The position numbers and the translations under genes were made by a program. Below, one piece after another: positions 47,618 through 56,786 of a DNA stretch of 64,000 nucleotides. Source of the stretch: an uncultured Candidatus Saccharibacteria bacterium (GTDB lineage: Bacteria > Patescibacteriota > Dojkabacteria > GCA-002793355). The stretch is taken from positions 129,230 to 193,229 of the forward strand of contig CAZGEO010000002.1 of the NCBI GenBank assembly GCA_964525295.1, read 5' to 3'. How positions within the stretch are numbered: position 1 is the first letter of the stretch; each line of letters begins with the position of its first letter. The notes below the pieces were generated by a model. The model did no database searches. It saw nothing but the letters and a program-made list of their open reading frames with translations, and was not told the origin of the DNA.

Positions 47618-48492
47618 TGAGTATAGTACGATTTTTTCATTGTATTGTAAACCGAATGAAAGATGACAATTTGATAGACATTCATGTTACAATTATCGAT
47701 AAAATGCAAATACTGAATTATATTAAGATTCTGAAGCCTCGTTTTTCGGTTGTTACGCACCTTTCATTTTTGCTCGGTGTCTTCGCACTATACTCCAGTG
47801 AGAGAATTCAAGTTCCTTTGTGGTGGTTATTATGTATAATTTTCTACCTGTTTTACGGAGCAATTTACATTATGAATGATTTGTTTGATTACGAAGGTGA
47901 CAAGGCAGATCCTTTATTGAGACTGCGCCCTATTCCTGCTGGTATTGTTCCCTATCATCATGCGGTAATTGAAATGTTGGTATTAATAACAGTCTCGTTG
48001 TTGATTGCATTTTTCGTTCAATTTGAATTCTTTATCGCATTACTTATTTTGTTGGTCATGAATATTATTTATTCTGGCTTTCTCAAAAAAGTAGCGTATC
48101 TTGATTTCTTGTTTATGGCGTTTTCGCACCCAATGAAATTTGTGACTGGTGGGTTAGTATTTGGCAGTTTAACTTTCAGCTTTCCTTTGATTCCGGTGTT
48201 AATAGCGATGTATGCTGTTTCAATAATTGTTCACGCAGATAAGCAGTATGTTCGCTTGTTACAAGGCAGAAAACGAAAGTTTCTCTTTGGCGAATATACG
48301 ATTCCAGGATTAACGATTTGTAGCGTCATTGCAATAACTCTACTGATATCACAATTGTTTTTCATTTCTGGTTGGCTACAAATCGTATTTGCTTTGCTTG
48401 CAGTTGTAGCGATTGTTATCGCTCTCGGCAAGCCGTTGAGTAGAAGAGTACGAAGATTTCAGCAAAATGTTGAAATGGAGGTAAGCAAGTAA
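47617..48492 (+). CDS. UbiA-family aromatic/isoprenoid prenyltransferase (polyprenyl-phosphate acceptor type)
   Basis: 291 aa; 8-9 TM helices; first Asp-rich motif NDLFDYEGD (NDxxDxxxD) in the first cytoplasmic loop; real start probably internal (MQILNY...). Confidence 0.7.
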   Translation: MSIVRFFHCIVNRMKDDNLIDIHVTIIDKMQILNYIKILKPRFSVVTHLSFLLGVFALYSSERIQVPLWWLLCIIFYLFYGAIYIMNDLFDYEGDKADPLLRLRPIPAGIVPYHHAVIEMLVLITVSLLIAFFVQFEFFIALLILLVMNIIYSGFLKKVAYLDFLFMAFSHPMKFVTGGLVFGSLTFSFPLIPVLIAMYAVSIIVHADKQYVRLLQGRKRKFLFGEYTIPGLTICSVIAITLLISQLFFISGWLQIVFALLAVVAIVIALGKPLSRRVRRFQQNVEMEVSK

Positions 48493-49103
48493 TGAAAGAA
48501 TTTTTGAATAAAATTGGCTTATTTCGTTTGCACGAACTACGTGCAATGAAAGACAAAATACTTGACAATCAAAAATTGAAGAATCTATCGTTGAAATTAT
48601 ATGCCTTTGGTCTTCGTGCGAATTATATAACTCTTTTTAATGCTGTAATTGGTTTTGTTGCAATATACTTCTTATTTGAAAACACACTGGTTTTTGCGTT
48701 GTTATTAATTTTGAATAGTATTCTAGATGCTGTTGATGGGTTATTTGCACGTTATACGAATTCATCATCTAAACTTGGCGACAAGTTGGATCATTTTTTT
48801 GATATTGTTTTTCCATTTTTAGCGTTGGTGAAATCATATTTCTATTATACGAATGGTTGGGTTCTTGCATTAATCATCTTCTTTGTGTTCGAGGCAGTAT
48901 ATTTATGGTCACAAAAACAAATTGAACGATGGATTCCTACAAAAACTGCAATGATTTTCTTCGCCTTTGGGTTAAATGAACTCGGGCTTTTGATTCAAGG
49001 AATTTACGAACCCGTAACCTTTATTTTGTTTCTGGTAAATTACTGGAACGCACCAGTTATCGACCCACCGGGAACAAAAGTTGAGCAAAATATACAAAAA
49101 TGA
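48492..49103 (+). CDS. CDP-alcohol phosphatidyltransferase family protein
   Basis: 203 aa; exact D-G-x2-A-R-x8-G-x3-D-x3-D motif (DAVDGLFARYTNSSSKLGDKLDHFFD). Confidence 0.85.
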   Translation: MKEFLNKIGLFRLHELRAMKDKILDNQKLKNLSLKLYAFGLRANYITLFNAVIGFVAIYFLFENTLVFALLLILNSILDAVDGLFARYTNSSSKLGDKLDHFFDIVFPFLALVKSYFYYTNGWVLALIIFFVFEAVYLWSQKQIERWIPTKTAMIFFAFGLNELGLLIQGIYEPVTFILFLVNYWNAPVIDPPGTKVEQNIQK

Positions 49104-49140
49104 GAGTTTTATCGGTTATAACATTATTGAATAAGGCAAT

Positions 49141-49653
49141 ATGTCACAATTCATTCTAGATCTTTTAGTTATTGTATTACCTGCTGGATTTGCCAATATG
49201 GTGCCCCCATTTGCTATGAAGGTTTTGCCAAAGTTTACAGCTCCTGCAGATTTTGGCTTAGAATTTCGAGGTCGAAGGATTTTAGGTGAGCACAAAACAA
49301 TTCGGGGATTTCTGTTTGGAACTCTCTTTGCTGGACTATTGTTTCAGCTACTTGATTATTCGGGCATTAACTCACTCGGTTTACCTTGGTTTTATGGCTA
49401 TGTTGTTGGGTTTTCAGCTTTAGTGGGTGATTCGATAAAAAGTTTCGTTAAACGGCAGCTTGATATTTCTCCAGGTAAAGCATGGTTCCCGTTTGATCAG
49501 ATTGATTGGATAATCGCCTCGCTTTTGATTATGCCATTCTTTGGCATAACTTACGTGTGGTATTACGTCGCATTTCTAGGTGTTGGTTTTGGTGGTCATT
49601 TGCTCGCCAAAGTGCTTGGTTTTTATTTAGGCCTAAACGATACGAAGATTTGA
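49141..49653 (+). CDS. small 5-TM membrane protein, CTP-transferase-like (CarS/DUF46 or CdsA-like; tentative)
   Basis: 170 aa, five hydrophobic helices, basic patch SIKSFVKRQLDI before the last helices, reminiscent of the K-R...K-D segment of CdsA/CarS; size matches CarS family. Confidence 0.35.
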   Translation: MSQFILDLLVIVLPAGFANMVPPFAMKVLPKFTAPADFGLEFRGRRILGEHKTIRGFLFGTLFAGLLFQLLDYSGINSLGLPWFYGYVVGFSALVGDSIKSFVKRQLDISPGKAWFPFDQIDWIIASLLIMPFFGITYVWYYVAFLGVGFGGHLLAKVLGFYLGLNDTKI

Positions 49654-49663
49654 AGGCTTCGTT

Positions 49664-50056
49664 TTATTCCTGCGTTGGTTTTGTTTCGTAAACCTTAACA
49701 GATGCTTCGCCACGCTTTTTAATGAGGTAGTTACCAACGGTGTAGCCTTTAATTGCGTCAATCTTTTTTATTTTTCCGGTTGAAAGTTTTACGACAGCCT
49801 TTAATCTTTTTTCGACTGAACCTCCGTCGTCATCTGAAACATAAACTTGTTCTTCTTTGATTTCAATGATTTCACCTTCCCATTGTTCAGTCATTGTTTT
49901 TATTAAAAAAGCAAGGCTAATTATCGCAGCAATGCCAACACCATAGAGAACATCTGGGGTTTCTTGCCCGACAAATGCGTAAACGACAATACCAATGATG
50001 AGCCAGATAACAGCCCACCAGATTAATGATTTAGTCATATTTGGTTGTAACTCCAA
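49664..50056 (-). CDS. membrane protein, unknown function
   Basis: 130 aa, two N-terminal TM helices plus soluble C-terminus. Confidence 0.35.
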   Translation of the reverse strand: MELQPNMTKSLIWWAVIWLIIGIVVYAFVGQETPDVLYGVGIAAIISLAFLIKTMTEQWEGEIIEIKEEQVYVSDDDGGSVEKRLKAVVKLSTGKIKKIDAIKGYTVGNYLIKKRGEASVKVYETKPTQE

Positions 50057-50093
50057 AAATGGATTTCTGCAAGTGCCTGCCGTATAATGAATT

Positions 50094-50666
50094 ATGGCGA
50101 CAGTTTATGCGACTTTTGGTGTGCTTCTTGCATTTATTGCGTACATCCCATATCTGCAGGATACTTTCTCAGGAAAAACGAAGCCACATTTTTTTAGCTG
50201 GTTCCTTTGGTCGGTTGTGTCGTTTATTGCAGGAGGTATTCAAATTAGTGATGGTGCAGGCGTCGGCGCATTAACTAATCTTGCAATGGGTTTTATCTGT
50301 TTGGTCATTGCTACACGAAGTTTACTAAATGGTACGAAAGATATTACTCGATTTGACATCTTTTCGGCAATTATGGCTTTGGTAGCTCTGATCTTGTGGC
50401 TACTGATAAAACAGCCACTTTGGTCAATGATACTTATTGTTATTACTGATTTCTTGTCATTCATTCCAACGATACGTAAATCTTGGTATAAACCTGAACA
50501 AGAAACGCTAGCAACGTGGGTGATTAGTTGTACCAGGCAAATTTTGACTATTTTGGCAATGCAAAATTTTACCGTCATTACCGTGCTTTATCCTGCGTAT
50601 AGTTTGTTAGTGAACTCATTGTTTGTATCAATGCTAATTATGAGAAGGAGTCAATTAAAGAAGTGA
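50094..50666 (+). CDS. polytopic membrane protein, unknown function
   Basis: 190 aa, ~6 TM helices. Confidence 0.4.
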   Translation: MATVYATFGVLLAFIAYIPYLQDTFSGKTKPHFFSWFLWSVVSFIAGGIQISDGAGVGALTNLAMGFICLVIATRSLLNGTKDITRFDIFSAIMALVALILWLLIKQPLWSMILIVITDFLSFIPTIRKSWYKPEQETLATWVISCTRQILTILAMQNFTVITVLYPAYSLLVNSLFVSMLIMRRSQLKK

Positions 50667-51139
50667 GTATGGAACAAATTAATTATTCAGCAGTATTTGT
50701 AAGATTGACACGAAATATCGAACTCTTTTTGGAGGAATTCGATAAGAAGGAGAAGGAACTTCTTGCCACAGAATTATGGTCGGTAAAGGAAATCCTTTGT
50801 CACCTTGTCTTTTGGCATGAAAATTATGCTGCCAATTATGATGCTATGGTGAAAGGTGTAACGCCACCGTTATTTGATAAGACTGCGAATCACTTGAATA
50901 TTGATGGGGTAGAGTCACTGAAAAATGTTCCAGTTAAAGAATTGCGAGAACGACTGCTTAAGGCGAATGATATTTTACGTTATTGTATTGTTGAGAAAAT
51001 GATTCCTCAGATGACCTATACAAAACGCGGGCGAACGTATGATACCTTGTATTTTGTCGAAATGATTGCTGGGCATTTTGCTACCCACACGAAACAGGTG
51101 AAGAGGGCGAAGTGGAGGGCTGTTAATAGTGGTAAATAA
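50663..51139 (+). CDS. ClbS/DfsB-like or DinB-like four-helix-bundle protein (tentative)
   Basis: 158 aa; WSVKEILCHLVFWHENY segment resembles DinB/ClbS-type bundles; weak. Confidence 0.3.
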   Translation: MSMEQINYSAVFVRLTRNIELFLEEFDKKEKELLATELWSVKEILCHLVFWHENYAANYDAMVKGVTPPLFDKTANHLNIDGVESLKNVPVKELRERLLKANDILRYCIVEKMIPQMTYTKRGRTYDTLYFVEMIAGHFATHTKQVKRAKWRAVNSGK

Positions 51140-51163
51140 TGCCTAATAAGAATATAATTACAA

Positions 51164-52000
51164 ATGTATTTATTAATAATAATCTCCGGAATTCTGCTCG
51201 GATTAATGTATGTTTTCGTTAAATTGCTTTCGTCCGAGAAGTATCATCCAGCAACATTTTCAGCAGTTTACGCATTAATTTGTACAGTATTTATTCTGCC
51301 ATTTGCCTTTATTGGTGCAAAATTTCCTACCTCTTGGCAGTTTTGGGCATTGTCAATTATTTCTCCGATAATGTTTGGTTTAAGTTTCTTTGCTAGTGTT
51401 AAAGAATATAGTATTCTTGATGTTTCGGTCGGCAGTTTGATTGGTAGATTGAGTTTGGTGTTCGGTACTGTTGCTGGAATCATACTTATAAATGATCCAA
51501 TTCCGAAATACTTTGTTATATCTATGGTATTACTTTTAATTGGTAGTGGAATAATCGTCTATGAAAAAGGGAAGTTCGAGTTGAATATGGGTGTTTTCTG
51601 GGCTGTGTGCGCTGCAGTAGGGTATGGATTAATTGCGGTTTTAGATAAAAAAATTTTAGAACAGTTTTCACCATTAACGTATGTATTTTTTAATAATCTC
51701 GTCGTTTTCGTTACATTCTTTATGGTCATCCCGCGGAAGATGGAAATATTTGAGGCAATAAAAGAATTTCCCGTTAAAACGATAGTAATGTCTTTATGTG
51801 GCGTTGCTAGTTGGTCACTATTTCTTCTTGTGATTCCTAATCTGTCAATAGTAATAGCCTATCCGATGTGGGAAAGTATTGCCTTGCTAACAACAATGAT
51901 TGTTGGAGTTTTTGTTCTTAACGAAAAAACGCGAATTAAGCAAAAAGTTATCGGGACTTTACTGACAATTATTGGAATTGTGTTTATCTCGCTTTTATAA
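51164..52000 (+). CDS. EamA/DMT-family transporter
   Basis: 278 aa, 10 TM helices in two 5-helix halves. Confidence 0.6.
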   Translation: MYLLIIISGILLGLMYVFVKLLSSEKYHPATFSAVYALICTVFILPFAFIGAKFPTSWQFWALSIISPIMFGLSFFASVKEYSILDVSVGSLIGRLSLVFGTVAGIILINDPIPKYFVISMVLLLIGSGIIVYEKGKFELNMGVFWAVCAAVGYGLIAVLDKKILEQFSPLTYVFFNNLVVFVTFFMVIPRKMEIFEAIKEFPVKTIVMSLCGVASWSLFLLVIPNLSIVIAYPMWESIALLTTMIVGVFVLNEKTRIKQKVIGTLLTIIGIVFISLL

Positions 52001-52022
52001 AAAATCGGTAGTAGAATGAATT

Positions 52023-52670
52023 ATGAAAAAAGAAAACAAAACCATGAGTAATGAAGTAGGTGCTGCTTCAACAATTTTGACGAAAATCCTCTATTTATTA
52101 ATTCCGCTTGTCATTATTGCAGTTGTTTATGTTTATGCTACGAAATTTAGTGGCAAAGACATTCAGTCACCACAGCAAAATTCAAATAACATAACAGTAA
52201 CTACGCCTGTGGCTAGTGTAGCACCAAGTACCAAGGGGCCCTTGTATGATGCCGGCGCATATACATTTACCTATCCAATTGGCTGGAATACGTTGAAAAT
52301 TTCACAGGAAGGAACATTGATGGTTGCACCTCAGGCAAGTATTGATGAAGTCAAGAAAATTGTTGGGAGTGGTTTTGGGGGCGGAACATTTTTGGTCTCA
52401 ACTATTAATCAATCAGCGAAAAAATTCGAATTGCCAATCAGTGATGAATATGAAACATCAACATGTGAGAGCGCTATGATTGGAACGATTTCAGGAACAA
52501 TTTGTACAAGAACAGTTTTGCAAGACTTAGCTGGTGATTTCGAAAAAGGAAGTAAAATTCTTTCGGCATTTTTTGAAGTTAAGGGAACATATGTGCAATT
52601 TGAGTTGGTTAACAGCAAATACGAAGCGGAATTCAGGGCAATGCTAGCTTCGGTGAAAGTGAAGCAATGA
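52023..52670 (+). CDS. membrane-anchored exported protein, unknown function
   Basis: 215 aa, single N-terminal TM, Cys-containing C-terminal domain. Confidence 0.35.
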   Translation: MKKENKTMSNEVGAASTILTKILYLLIPLVIIAVVYVYATKFSGKDIQSPQQNSNNITVTTPVASVAPSTKGPLYDAGAYTFTYPIGWNTLKISQEGTLMVAPQASIDEVKKIVGSGFGGGTFLVSTINQSAKKFELPISDEYETSTCESAMIGTISGTICTRTVLQDLAGDFEKGSKILSAFFEVKGTYVQFELVNSKYEAEFRAMLASVKVKQ

Positions 52671-52704
52671 GCCGAAGTACCGATCTTTTCATGTCTGATA
52701 TTGT

Positions 52705-53289
52705 TTGCAGTATAATACATGTATGATTTATACTCAGGAGCACACAAACCCAATGACTTGGGAAGAATTTGGCAATATTTGCGATAAATTAGTAAGTGAT
52801 ATCAGGAATTCAGCCATAAAATTTGATGCTATTGCTCCAATATTGCGAAGTGGAATGATTCCAGCAACGATTATTGCTAATAAGTTGAAGATTTTGACGA
52901 TATTGCCAGTACATGTTAAATGTATGCAAAATCCTGCTGAAATCAAGCAAATGTTGCCAATTTCTAAACCTTTGAGTGATAATTTATCTAAAAATCCAAA
53001 AATTCTTGTCATTGAAACCAATACTTCAAGTGGATCTTCTGCCAAAAAAGTACATGAGTTGTTAATGGCTGAATTTCCGCACGCAGAACTATTCTATGCA
53101 ACGGTAGCCAGGGTATTTAGGAAACCTCAAATCAACCTTGAAATGTATAAAGAATATTTTTGGGGAATTATGACAGATGAAAAATTGATTGCTACGCCAG
53201 AAGAGCAACGTGAATTCAATTTACGGCAGAAGATAACAATATTTCCGTGGGAAACCGCGGAATTTGAACTGGAAGAAATTAATGCGTAG
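52705..53289 (+). CDS. phosphoribosyltransferase-fold protein (tentative)
   Basis: 194 aa; KILVIETNTSSGSSAK resembles a PRTase PRPP-binding loop; weak. Confidence 0.3.
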   Translation: MQYNTCMIYTQEHTNPMTWEEFGNICDKLVSDIRNSAIKFDAIAPILRSGMIPATIIANKLKILTILPVHVKCMQNPAEIKQMLPISKPLSDNLSKNPKILVIETNTSSGSSAKKVHELLMAEFPHAELFYATVARVFRKPQINLEMYKEYFWGIMTDEKLIATPEEQREFNLRQKITIFPWETAEFELEEINA

Positions 53290-53440
53290 GGAATTTGCAC
53301 TTAGAAGTTGTTTTGAGCAGCTGTAATATATATTTCTTCATGACAAGGATTCGCCTACCTCGTAACCCAAAACTTTTACGCTACGCGTATCAATGTGTTG
53401 CTTCCTCAGGCCCGCCCCATCGTTGAATATATAAGATTAC

Positions 53441-53881
53441 TTAATGTGACTTTGTAACTCGATACGGTTTCTGGTCATCAGTAAATTGGTAACCTGCTTT
53501 TAGTAAAATACTTTGTATTTGTTCTCCACCAATTGTATCTGCAAAAAGTAAAACTCCTTCAGGCACGGTATTTTCTGCTTGATTAACGAGCAGTGTTCCA
53601 ATCCCCATTCTTCTAAACTTTGGATTGACATAGACTTTTGCAATCTCGCCTTGTTCAGGATAAACAATTACAAAACCTGCATATTCATCAGTTTCTGTAC
53701 ATTTGGCTATACGTAATTGAGCTTGTTTTTCCTGTATAGCGATTTCGTCTTTTTCGAAATCAAACTGTACTTCGCCAAACGTAATATCACGTATCTTACT
53801 TGGTGGAACCTTGTTGTCGTTAAGTTGGGATTTTATTATATTTAAATCAGCGGAATTTCTTTCGGAGATTTCTATTGCCAT
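53441..53881 (-). CDS. GNAT family N-acetyltransferase
   Basis: 146 aa; acetyl-CoA motif RRMGIGTLLV. Confidence 0.7.
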   Translation of the reverse strand: MAIEISERNSADLNIIKSQLNDNKVPPSKIRDITFGEVQFDFEKDEIAIQEKQAQLRIAKCTETDEYAGFVIVYPEQGEIAKVYVNPKFRRMGIGTLLVNQAENTVPEGVLLFADTIGGEQIQSILLKAGYQFTDDQKPYRVTKSH

Positions 53882-54042
53882 AGAACTATTGTATCAGGAT
53901 ATTAATAGTCTTTCGAACAAGCCTGTCACGAAACATTCAAGTGACATTGTTTTCTATTCATTTCCACTCTCCCTCGTTGACACGTTTAGGAACCGAGAGC
54001 TCGATTTAACATCTGTTGATATGACACGCTATTCAGTTCTGG

Positions 54043-54477
54043 TTAATTTGCCGATTTAGCAGAATGGCTTCTCAGATAGTCTTCAATTAACTTTATATCG
54101 TTTTTATCTTTTTCACGAGGTATTTTGTCGGTTGCCACCCAAAGCTTTTTTATTTCTAACAAAAATTTCAATGTGATATATCGTACGCCATCTATTATTA
54201 CCGAATTTTCGAGCAGTTCATTAAAGGAATAAGCCATATTAGTTTCTGTCATATACCAATTTGGAAAAATCTCAATACCGTCAGATTTCAGAGAACCGTT
54301 ATTTTCCTGTAATCTCGAATTGAGTTTAAGTCTGTCATAATTATGAGCATCGACAACAAGATCAATATCATTGCTACTGCGAATGTTCATAACCTGCAAT
54401 ATTCCCGACCCAATTACAATTGAGTTGGAGCTGTCTAGCACGTATTGAGCAAGTATGTTTCGAACTGAGTTGTTCAT
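54043..54477 (-). CDS. nucleotidyltransferase (Pol-beta-like minimal NTase)
   Basis: IGSGILQVMNIRSSNDIDLVV = G-S-x(9-13)-D-x-D NTase signature; likely start is the ATG at 54477 (track start 54492 is GTG). Confidence 0.55.
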   Translation of the reverse strand: MNNSVRNILAQYVLDSSNSIVIGSGILQVMNIRSSNDIDLVVDAHNYDRLKLNSRLQENNGSLKSDGIEIFPNWYMTETNMAYSFNELLENSVIIDGVRYITLKFLLEIKKLWVATDKIPREKDKNDIKLIEDYLRSHSAKSAN

Positions 54478-54525
54478 AGAGAATGATAACACTTGTCTAC
54501 AGTTAGAGGAATGAAATTACTGGAA

Positions 54526-54597
<72 letters not shown>

Positions 54598-54674
54598 ACG
54601 GTAATGAATTATAGCGCACTCAAAAAAAAATTCAATATCACAAGCACTAGAAAGTCGTTTCGGTGGAGTAGAGG

Positions 54675-55190
54675 CTAGGCTGCTGCTTTTAGCTCTTCAA
54701 GAGAGATTTCTAATCGTCCATCGACGTATTTATCTTTGTAATTTTCTAAAGACACGTATTTCCATATTTTTTGAGGGATTGCCTGGTAAAGCCTGAAGGG
54801 AGAGTTTAATAAAAAATCCTCCGGATGCTTCATGAAAAGCTCTACAGCTTGCTTCGTCATTACATTTACTTTTAGTGCCTTACTCGCATAAGTCATCATT
54901 CCTGCGATTACGTTAGACATCCCTTTTACTTCAGATGCGATTGCTTCAATATAAAGACCATCGACTTCTGCATTTTCGGGAGAAATGTATAGGTTTAGTG
55001 CGATTTGTGGCCTAATTGAAATGTTTTGTGAATGTCTCGTTTCGATTCGAGAATACCAATAGAAAGTATAATTTTTATCATGTGAAAAGAATACATTGGA
55101 AATCCATGGAGTCCCATTCGCATCGGCAGTAGCAAGAGTGAAGTAATTGTTTGATTCTAGTAGCTTTTGAGTTTGTTTGATCTCTGTCAT
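54675..55190 (-). CDS. pyridoxamine 5'-phosphate oxidase-like FMN-binding split-barrel protein
   Basis: 171 aa; N-terminus LLESNNYFTLATADANGTPWISNVFF typical of the PNPOx-like / general stress protein 26 family. Confidence 0.5.
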   Translation of the reverse strand: MTEIKQTQKLLESNNYFTLATADANGTPWISNVFFSHDKNYTFYWYSRIETRHSQNISIRPQIALNLYISPENAEVDGLYIEAIASEVKGMSNVIAGMMTYASKALKVNVMTKQAVELFMKHPEDFLLNSPFRLYQAIPQKIWKYVSLENYKDKYVDGRLEISLEELKAAA

Positions 55191-55270
55191 TAACGATTAT
55201 AGCTCTTTTTTGTAAAACGTCATAAAAGAAAAGGGAGAACTACCCATCTTTCAGATGTGTAATTCCCCCT

Positions 55271-55289
55271 TTGGGTCGACAGGGATTCG
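55271..55289 (-). repeat. 19-bp direct repeat of the 3' end of tRNA-Lys (tRNA fragment / putative att scar)
   Basis: TTGGGTCGACAGGGATTCG occurs at 55271-55289 and again at 55473-55491 (3' part of the tRNA-Lys gene) in the same orientation; a second, degenerate T-arm-like copy (CAGGGATTTGAAAC) lies at ~55418-55431. Confidence 0.6.
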
Positions 55290-55473
55290 GTCCCCCAACA
55301 ATTTCAGGTTTCATTCTTCACCACTGAAATTGCACATTGTTCTCTAGAGGTTGTTAGGCTTGACCACGCTCTTCGTTCGACAACAAATTGTTGTTGTCTC
55401 GCTTGAGTTTCAAATCCCTGGTTAATAAAAAAAGGGAAGCACTGTCAATCATTGTGATTGCCACTACTTCCCT

Positions 55474-55545
55474 TGGGTCGACAGGGATTCGAACCCTGAA
55501 CCTACTGATTAAAAGTCAGCTGCTCTACCGTTGAGCTATCGACCC
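55474..55545 (-). tRNA. tRNA-Lys (anticodon UUU)
   Basis: Hand-folded: acceptor GGGTCGA/TCGACCC, D arm GCTC-AACGGTA-GAGC, anticodon stem GCTGA/TCAGT with loop CTTTTAA, T arm CAGGG-TTCGAAT-CCCTG, discriminator A. Confidence 0.85.
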
Positions 55546-55696
55546 AACGGTGAATTATAGCGCAAAACAAGAGTAACTTACAAGAGGTTGAATGAGGTTG
55601 CTCTCTATGAGAAGTAATGTAGTAGAAAGGTATTGTAAAAAACGATTTTATTGACGGTTGTAAGAAAAATTGCTATTCTGAAATGATAATATTATA

Positions 55697-56371
55697 ATGA
55701 ATAATATGGATTTCAAAAGGAATTTTTTTAGCATAATTATTGGATTAGCACTTATACTTGTTGGTATTGGCGCATTACTTGATACTGCAAATGTTGTAGA
55801 TATTGGCTGGATATTTGGCACTTTTTGGCCATTATTGGTGATTAGTCTGGCTGTCTCACGATTTCTTGTCAAAGATATAAAAGGCGGTGTAATCATGGGG
55901 TTAATTGGTGTCGTTGCACAATTAAATGCATTAAAAATTACGTCAATTGATTTATGGCAGTTGGTTTGGCCGTTGATTTTAGTACTTATTGGTTTTTCAA
56001 TTATTAGCAAGTCGTTGAGATTTCAAAAAAAAGGAGATAGTTCAGCAACTTTCGCAGAAACAACAATTTTTAGTGGTTTAGAAAAGACAATACGAGATCA
56101 AGCTTTCAAATCAGGAAGCTTCATGACTTTTTTTGGAGGAACTGAACTTGACTTGACTCAAGCGAAGTTCGAAAACGGTGAAGCGGTTATTGATAGTCTT
56201 GTTGCATTCGGGGCAGCAGAATTAAAAGTGGCACCTGAAGTGAACGTAGTTATGGAAGTCACTGCACTTTTCGGTGGAAGTAGTGACACACGAAAAATTG
56301 AACAAACAAAAAACGATCAAACATTAATTGTTAGAGGCTATGTTCTTTTCGGGGCTATTGAGGTAAAATAG
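55697..56371 (+). CDS. LiaF-like / cell-wall-stress membrane protein (tentative)
   Basis: 224 aa; four N-terminal TM helices then a beta-rich C-terminal domain, architecture similar to LiaF/YvqF; immediately upstream of a receiver-domain gene. Confidence 0.35.
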   Translation: MNNMDFKRNFFSIIIGLALILVGIGALLDTANVVDIGWIFGTFWPLLVISLAVSRFLVKDIKGGVIMGLIGVVAQLNALKITSIDLWQLVWPLILVLIGFSIISKSLRFQKKGDSSATFAETTIFSGLEKTIRDQAFKSGSFMTFFGGTELDLTQAKFENGEAVIDSLVAFGAAELKVAPEVNVVMEVTALFGGSSDTRKIEQTKNDQTLIVRGYVLFGAIEVK

Positions 56372-56387
56372 TAAACATTTAGCTAGT

Positions 56388-56786
56388 ATGATAGAAATTA
56401 CGACAATGCCAGGCAGAACAATACTCATTGCGGACGATGAAAAACCTCTTGCAAATGCGCTTCAGTTGAAACTCAAAAAAGAAGGATTTGATGTTAATGT
56501 TTCTTACGATGGATTAGAGTGCATTCAAGCTGTACAAAAAGTCGACCCAGAGATATTACTTCTTGATTTGGTCATGCCAAATCTAGATGGTTTTGGTGTA
56601 CTTGAGAAGCTGAAAGAATTGAAATCAAAAGCAAAAGTCATAGTTTTGTCGAATCTTAGCCAAGATGAAGATGTCACACGCGTAAAAAGTCTCGGTGCAG
56701 TTAATTACTTTGTAAAGTCAAATACTCCGTTAAAAGATATTGTAGATTATGTAATCAAACTGCTCCAAGATGAACCGCCTCAATGA
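56388..56786 (+). CDS. stand-alone response-regulator receiver (REC) domain protein
   Basis: 132 aa; DD...D (LIADDE...LLDLVMP) phospho-acceptor pattern, no output domain. Confidence 0.75.
   Translation: MIEITTMPGRTILIADDEKPLANALQLKLKKEGFDVNVSYDGLECIQAVQKVDPEILLLDLVMPNLDGFGVLEKLKELKSKAKVIVLSNLSQDEDVTRVKSLGAVNYFVKSNTPLKDIVDYVIKLLQDEPPQ

Noticed and set aside
55290-55472. Possibility that the segment between the tRNA-Lys repeats encodes a functional tRNA, tmRNA or other structured RNA
   Set aside because: No 5' acceptor strand complementary to TCGACCC exists within tRNA distance. The T-stem of the fragment copy is mismatched. The segment is too short for tmRNA. It is treated as a fragment or scar.
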